Made by a program: the position numbers and the translations under genes
Shown here: in pieces, positions 6,440 to 10,654 of the stretch
Layout: the number at the start of each line of letters is the position of its first letter
How positions within the stretch are numbered: position 1 is the first letter of the stretch
Notes under the pieces: model-generated
Databases searched by the model: none
Told to the model about the DNA's origin: nothing
What the model saw: only the letters and a program-made list of their open reading frames with translations
Assembly (NCBI GenBank): GCA_003135555.1
Contig: PLCF01000036.1
Location: 208 to 10,861 of the forward strand
Direction: 5' to 3'
DNA length: 10,654 nucleotides
Source: Vulcanimicrobiota bacterium
GTDB lineage: Bacteria > Vulcanimicrobiota > Vulcanimicrobiia > Vulcanimicrobiales > Vulcanimicrobiaceae

Positions 6440-7135
6440 ATGTCGCCGCACCTCAATCTCGACCCGGCCGCGAGCGGCGGGGCGTTCGAAGCCTACCAGG
6501 CGCTCCCGCCCGGCGAGGGTACAGCGCCGGCGCTGCTGCTGCTGCCGCCGATCTTCGGGGTCGAGCTCGTGATCGAAGGGCTGGCCGACCGCTACGCGGC
6601 GCGCGGGTTCGTGACCCTCGCTCCCAACCAGTTCTGGCGCGACGCGGAACCCGGAATCATGCCGCGCACGGACGCGGGTCGCGAACGCGCGTTCGCGCGC
6701 GCACGGCGCGTCGACGTCGACCAGATCGTCGGCGACGTGCGCACCGCCGTCGCCGCGCTGCGTGCCATGCCGCGCTGCAACGGCAAGGTTGCGGTGCTGG
6801 GGATTTGCTTCGGCGGCCGCTACGCGTTTCTCGCCGCCGCGCGGCTCGACGTCCAGGCGGCCGGCGCGTTCCACGGCACCCAGATCGGCTTGAGCCTCGG
6901 CGACGGCCCCACGGTGCACGCGCCGCTGAGCTTGCAGTTCGGCGCCGACGATCCGATCACGCCGCCCGCGGAGATCGACGCGATCCGCGCCGCGCTCGCG
7001 CACCGGCCCGACGCCGAGATCACGGTCCATCCGGGCTCGACGCACAACTTCTCGCTGCCCGGCGTTCCCGGCTACGACCCGCAGGTCGCGGCGGATGCCG
7101 AGCGGCGCGTATTCGACCTGTTCGGCGGCCTCTGA
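6440..7135 (+). CDS. Dienelactone hydrolase family protein
   Basis: 231 aa; nucleophile elbow GICFGG, Asp in GADDP, His in HNF; IFGV...LADRYAARGF N-terminal block. Confidence 0.92.
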   Translation: MSPHLNLDPAASGGAFEAYQALPPGEGTAPALLLLPPIFGVELVIEGLADRYAARGFVTLAPNQFWRDAEPGIMPRTDAGRERAFARARRVDVDQIVGDVRTAVAALRAMPRCNGKVAVLGICFGGRYAFLAAARLDVQAAGAFHGTQIGLSLGDGPTVHAPLSLQFGADDPITPPAEIDAIRAALAHRPDAEITVHPGSTHNFSLPGVPGYDPQVAADAERRVFDLFGGL

Positions 7136-7140
7136 GCGCG

Positions 7141-7671
7141 CTACGCGCGCAGCTCGCGCACAACCGCGTCGAGATCGTCGTAGGACTCCACGATCCCACG
7201 ATTGCGGGGGGTGATGAAGCCCTTCGCCGCGGCGCCGTCGATGAGGGCCAAGAAGTGATCGTAGAAGCCGTCGATGTTGGCGAGGATGCAGCGCGCGTCG
7301 ATGAGCCCGAGTTGCACCCAGGTGACGATCTCGAAGAACTCTTCGAGTGTTCCGAAACCGCCCGGCAGCGCGACGAAGGCGTCGGACAGCTCGGACATGA
7401 GTTGCTTGCGCTCGTGCATTGACTCCACGACGCGCAGATCGACCCCCGAATGGGCGACCTCGCGTTCTTCGAGGAAACGCGGGATGACGCCGATGACCTC
7501 GCCGCCCGCCTCGAGCGCGCCGTCCGCGACCGCGCCCATCAGGCCGACGCGGCCGCCGCCGAACACCACGCCGATCCCGGCGCGTGCCAGCGCGGCGCCG
7601 AAGGCGCGCGCGGTCGCGGCGAAACGCGGATCGTCGCCTTCGGACGACCCGCAGTAGACGCAGACGCGCAC
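7141..7671 (-). CDS. LOG family (TIGR00730-type) nucleotide monophosphate phosphoribohydrolase
   Basis: The true start is likely GTG 7671 (MRVCVYCGSS), 2 nt after the upstream stop. Motifs GGGRVGLMG, VIGVIP, MHERK, LPGGFGTLEE; 176 aa. Confidence 0.95.
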   Translation of the reverse strand: MRVCVYCGSSEGDDPRFAATARAFGAALARAGIGVVFGGGRVGLMGAVADGALEAGGEVIGVIPRFLEEREVAHSGVDLRVVESMHERKQLMSELSDAFVALPGGFGTLEEFFEIVTWVQLGLIDARCILANIDGFYDHFLALIDGAAAKGFITPRNRGIVESYDDLDAVVRELRA

Positions 7672-7673
7672 GC

Positions 7674-7961
7674 CTACTCGACCAGCGTGCCTTTTACGGC
7701 TTGGCGATTCGTCGCCAGCGGGCGGATGCCGTTGGCGCCGAGCCGCACGAAGTGCTCGGTCTGGTAGTGCGCGTCGAGCGCGGCCTGATCGCGATACGTC
7801 TCGAACAGCACGAACGCGCCGCGCTCGTCGTCGCCGCGGCACACCTCGTAGCCCAGAACGCCTTCCTCGCGCAGCGAGGCCTCCCGGAGCTCCCGGAGCA
7901 GGCGTTCCGCCTCGTCGGCCGTGTCGTCCGGGAACGAGTACAGCACCGCATTGACCAGCAT
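7674..7961 (-). CDS. ABM-domain protein (putative quinol monooxygenase / LsrG-YgiN-like)
   Basis: 95 aa; SLREEGVLGYEV, FVLFETYRDQAALDAHYQTEHF; AAGG upstream of the ATG. Confidence 0.9.
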   Translation of the reverse strand: MLVNAVLYSFPDDTADEAERLLRELREASLREEGVLGYEVCRGDDERGAFVLFETYRDQAALDAHYQTEHFVRLGANGIRPLATNRQAVKGTLVE

Positions 7962-7974
7962 CGCGGAGAGCCTT

Positions 7975-9336
7975 TTACGCGGGGGCTGCGACCTTCCCGC
8001 CTGCGCGAGCCACGGCTTCGCGGATCATCGCGTCCTGCACCGCAGGGATGGCCCAGCGCGCCTGCGCCTCGGCCGAGAGCGTGTCGATCGGGTCGAAGTA
8101 CAAGAACGACTGTTCGGGTTTGACGCTGGGCGCGCTATAGACCGCGATCCCGTTCTCCCGGTCGTAGAAGTCGAACGAGTGGACGTCGCGCTTGCCGCCG
8201 CCGCCGGGCGCGTCGCAGATGAACAGCGGCGTGTTGAACCCGGCGGTCGTGCCGCGCACGAACTTCTCCAGGTCGACCGAGGTCTGGATCGAGGTGCGCA
8301 TCTCCTCGACGCCTTTGACGAGGTCGTGCATGTAGACGTAGTACGGGTGCACGTTGACCCACGACATGCGCTTTACCAGCAAGGTCATCGTCGCCGGGTC
8401 GTCGTTCACGCCGCGGATCAGCACGGACTGGTTGCGCACCGTGATCGCGCGCGAAAACAGCACGTCCATCGCCCGCTTGGTGATTTGGGTGATCTCGTTG
8501 GGCGAGTTGAAGTGCGTGTGGACGACGACGTCCTTGCCGAGCTTGCGGCCGTGGTCGACGACGCCGCTAAGCGCGTCGGTCCAGGCGTGATCGGTGAGGA
8601 TCTTCATCGGCATCACCGCCGGGCCTTTGGTCGCGAAACGCATGCGGCGCACGTGCGGGATCGCCAGCAGCGATTCGCCGATGAGCGTGATGTTTTTGGC
8701 CGCCATCTGGTAGACGTCGCCGCCGGAGATGACGATGTCTTCGAGCTCGGGGCGCGACGCGATGTACGCGAAGGCCTGTTTCCACTGTTCGGGCGTCTTG
8801 GCCAGCGCCGCTTTGTCGACCGATTCGGTGTCGGGCCCGATGGCGTACGAGCGCGTGCAGAAACGGCAGTACACGGGGCAGGTCTGGAGCGGCAGGAACA
8901 GTGCCTTGTCGACGTAGCGGTGGGTCAGCCCCTGTACGGGTGCGTCGTCCTGCTCGTGCAGCGAGTCGAGCGTCAGCCGCGGGTGATCGGGCAGCAGCTT
9001 CGACGCGACCGGGATGAACTGCCGGCGGATCGGATCCTCGTACGGGCGCGTCCAGTCGATGCACGCGATCATATACGGCGATACGCGCACCGCCATCGGC
9101 GCGCGGCGGAAACCTTCCTTGGCGTCCTCGAGGAAGGTCGGGTCGACGATCTCGCCGATCGTCTCGAACAGCTCCTCGGTCGTCTTGACCGACTTGCGTC
9201 CCTGCCAGATGTGATCGAGGAACGTCGCCTCGTCGACGTCTTCGTAGGCCGGGACCGCGCGCCAGAATTCGCCGCCGCGCAGGTTGCGATGCTCCAGCTC
9301 GGCCGGATCGACGGGTGGCTTGAGATGGTGGTTCAC
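7975..9336 (-). CDS. kamA: KamA-family radical SAM enzyme, probable lysine 2,3-aminomutase
   Basis: 453 aa; GLTHRY.DK, CxxxCxxC (CPVYCRFCTR), ISGGD, HFNSPNE, NQSVLIRGVND, PYYVYMHD, PLP Lys in DAPGGGGK. Adjacent to kdd with a GTGA overlap. Confidence 0.9.
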   Translation of the reverse strand: MNHHLKPPVDPAELEHRNLRGGEFWRAVPAYEDVDEATFLDHIWQGRKSVKTTEELFETIGEIVDPTFLEDAKEGFRRAPMAVRVSPYMIACIDWTRPYEDPIRRQFIPVASKLLPDHPRLTLDSLHEQDDAPVQGLTHRYVDKALFLPLQTCPVYCRFCTRSYAIGPDTESVDKAALAKTPEQWKQAFAYIASRPELEDIVISGGDVYQMAAKNITLIGESLLAIPHVRRMRFATKGPAVMPMKILTDHAWTDALSGVVDHGRKLGKDVVVHTHFNSPNEITQITKRAMDVLFSRAITVRNQSVLIRGVNDDPATMTLLVKRMSWVNVHPYYVYMHDLVKGVEEMRTSIQTSVDLEKFVRGTTAGFNTPLFICDAPGGGGKRDVHSFDFYDRENGIAVYSAPSVKPEQSFLYFDPIDTLSAEAQARWAIPAVQDAMIREAVARAGGKVAAPA

Positions 9337-10424
9337 GCCGCAGACCCTGAGAAGCGCGTAACGAAGTAGTCTTTGATCGCCGGATGATCGCGCAGCGTCT
9401 GCAGCGCGACCGCCGCGTGTCCTTTGGCGTAGCCGTTGCCGACCATCATGTTGACGTCTTTCCCGACGCCCTCAGCGCCCAGCGCCGCGGCCGTGAACGA
9501 CGTCGACATGGAGAAGAAGTAGACCGTGCCGCCGTCCTTGCAGCAGAGGATCGAGGCCAGCTCGGTGCCGCACACGTTCACACAATTGATCACGAGGTCG
9601 GCGAGTTGCGGCAGCGCGGCCGGCAGCGCTTCGAGTACCGCCAGCGCGTCGCGGGCGTCGACGACGGCGAGGTCGTCGACGTAGCCCTGCTCGACGAGCA
9701 GTTGACCGGCCGCCGTCCCGAGGCGCGGCACGATGCCGACGACGCGTCCCTGCGGGCCGACGCGCTCGCGCGCTTGCGCGCAGGCCAGCAACCCCGACTT
9801 GCCGTCGGCGCCGATGACGCAGACGGTCTGGCCTTCGTGCGCGAGCCGCCGCACCTGCGCCGGCGCGCCGGCGACGTCGAGGACGGCGAGCGCGACGTCG
9901 GTCGGCAGATCGTCGGGCAGTCGCGCGTACATCGCGCTCTCGAACAGGATCGCCGTGCCCCGCACCGCGATCTGACCGGTCGTCACGTCGACCGCGGTCA
10001 CCTCGTCGAGGTGCAGTGGGGTGAGGGTGAGCGAGACGAGCGATGCGATGCGGTCGCCGACCGCGACGTCCTCGCGCGACGCCAGCGCCGGACCGATCTC
10101 GCGGACGCGCCCCACGAACATCCCGCCGCTGCCGGTAACCGGATTGTGCTGCTTGCCGCGCTCGCGCACGGTCGCCAGGACGTGCGCGCCGACGGCGTGG
10201 GGATCGCCGGCGCACGCATCGGCGATCTGCTTGAACGAGGCCGAGTCGACGTTGAGGGTCTCGACGTCGCACAGGATCTCGTTGGCGAACGCGCGCGGCG
10301 TGTTGTCGAGCTTCCACGCGCTCTGCGGCAGCGCACCCTTGGGCTCGCACACGCGGTGCGAGCCCAGCCGGCAACCGCTGCCCAGCGGCGCGACGAGATG
10401 CGCATCGTCGAGTACGTGCGTCAA
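9333..10424 (-). CDS. kdd: L-erythro-3,5-diaminohexanoate dehydrogenase
   Basis: 363 aa; family blocks GSHRVCEPKGALPQSAWKLDN, LNVDSASFKQI, RGKQHNPVTGSGGM, SLVSLTLTPL, LDVAGAPAQ, YFFSMSTSFTAAALGAEG, GNGYAKGHA. TTG start overlaps the upstream TGA. Confidence 0.93.
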   Translation of the reverse strand: MTHVLDDAHLVAPLGSGCRLGSHRVCEPKGALPQSAWKLDNTPRAFANEILCDVETLNVDSASFKQIADACAGDPHAVGAHVLATVRERGKQHNPVTGSGGMFVGRVREIGPALASREDVAVGDRIASLVSLTLTPLHLDEVTAVDVTTGQIAVRGTAILFESAMYARLPDDLPTDVALAVLDVAGAPAQVRRLAHEGQTVCVIGADGKSGLLACAQARERVGPQGRVVGIVPRLGTAAGQLLVEQGYVDDLAVVDARDALAVLEALPAALPQLADLVINCVNVCGTELASILCCKDGGTVYFFSMSTSFTAAALGAEGVGKDVNMMVGNGYAKGHAAVALQTLRDHPAIKDYFVTRFSGSAA

Positions 10425-10654
10425 GCGAGCGCCTCGACCGGGAGGCCGCCGCGTTCGAACGGGGTCGAGAGCACCAGCGTCGTGCGCGTGCGCGCCACCC
10501 CGGGGACGCGCTTGATGCGGGTCAGGAAGTCGTCGAGGTGCGCGGTGGAGCGGGTGCAGACTTTGAGCAGATACGTCTCGTCGCCGGCGACGCTGTGGAT
10601 CTCGAGGACCTCGGGAAACGCCTGGACCGCTGCGGTGAAGCCGTCGTAGTCGAG
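10421..10654 (-). CDS. Lrp/AsnC family transcriptional regulator, C-terminal ligand-binding domain (partial, starts beyond the right edge)
   Basis: Not in the ORF track. Manual translation: LDYDGFTAAVQAFPEVLEIHSVAGDETYLLKVCTRSTAHLDDFLTRIKRVPGVARTRTTLVLSTPFERGGLPVEALA*. This has the PEV.E.H.V.G..Y.LKV and GV..T.T..VL pattern of the RAM domain; TGA at 10423-10421. Confidence 0.9.
   Translation of the reverse strand, partial: LDYDGFTAAVQAFPEVLEIHSVAGDETYLLKVCTRSTAHLDDFLTRIKRVPGVARTRTTLVLSTPFERGGLPVEALA

Noticed and set aside
5062..6456. 464-aa alternative-frame ORF and other long Arg/Ala-rich ORFs (1687..2460, 5266..6147, 6364..7422, 9472..10374)
   Set aside because: Off-frame or antisense products of high GC overlapping well-supported genes, with no recognisable motifs.
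7141..7671. LOG gene as a lysine decarboxylase fitting the lysine theme
   Set aside because: That label is a known misannotation of the LOG family; the PGGxGTxE motif indicates a phosphoribohydrolase.
7672..7842. 57-aa N-terminal extension of the LOG ORF in the track
   Set aside because: It overlaps the ABM gene in another frame; family similarity begins at MRVCVYCGSS (7671).
7975..9336. kamA as epmB (EF-P beta-lysylation) or ablA (osmolyte synthesis)
   Set aside because: No efp, epmA or ablB nearby; it is longer than typical EpmB and is coupled to kdd.
7921..10649. Long + strand ORFs 7921..9369 (482 aa) and 9384..10649 (421 aa)
   Set aside because: Antisense mirrors of kamA and kdd/Lrp, expected from biased codon usage in GC-rich genes; no motifs.

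Overview
High-GC bacterial chromosomal window with 12 protein-coding genes, two of them cut by the window edges. In order: the 5' part of an ABC-F ATPase (-); two tandem paralogous secreted hypothetical proteins (+); a class IV (IlvE-like) PLP aminotransferase (+) converging on a MocR/GabR regulator (-); an SSADH/KGSADH-like aldehyde dehydrogenase (-) divergent from a dienelactone hydrolase (+); and a tightly coupled minus-strand operon Lrp/AsnC - kdd - kamA - ABM-domain protein - LOG. I saw no RNA genes, CRISPR arrays or transposases. Main observations: (1) a 38-bp direct repeat (36/38 identical), exactly the first 38 nt of the ABC-F gene, brackets the first paralog and looks like a recombination or duplication scar; (2) the MocR regulator has Met instead of the PLP Schiff-base Lys; (3) a shared GGCCACT..GAAGTGGWCC operator-like site lies upstream of both the aminotransferase and the regulator; (4) kdd and kamA are adjacent, with kamDE, kce and kal absent from the window. 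The style of the secreted proteins suggests Vulcanimicrobiota/Eremiobacterota, but that is an unverified impression.
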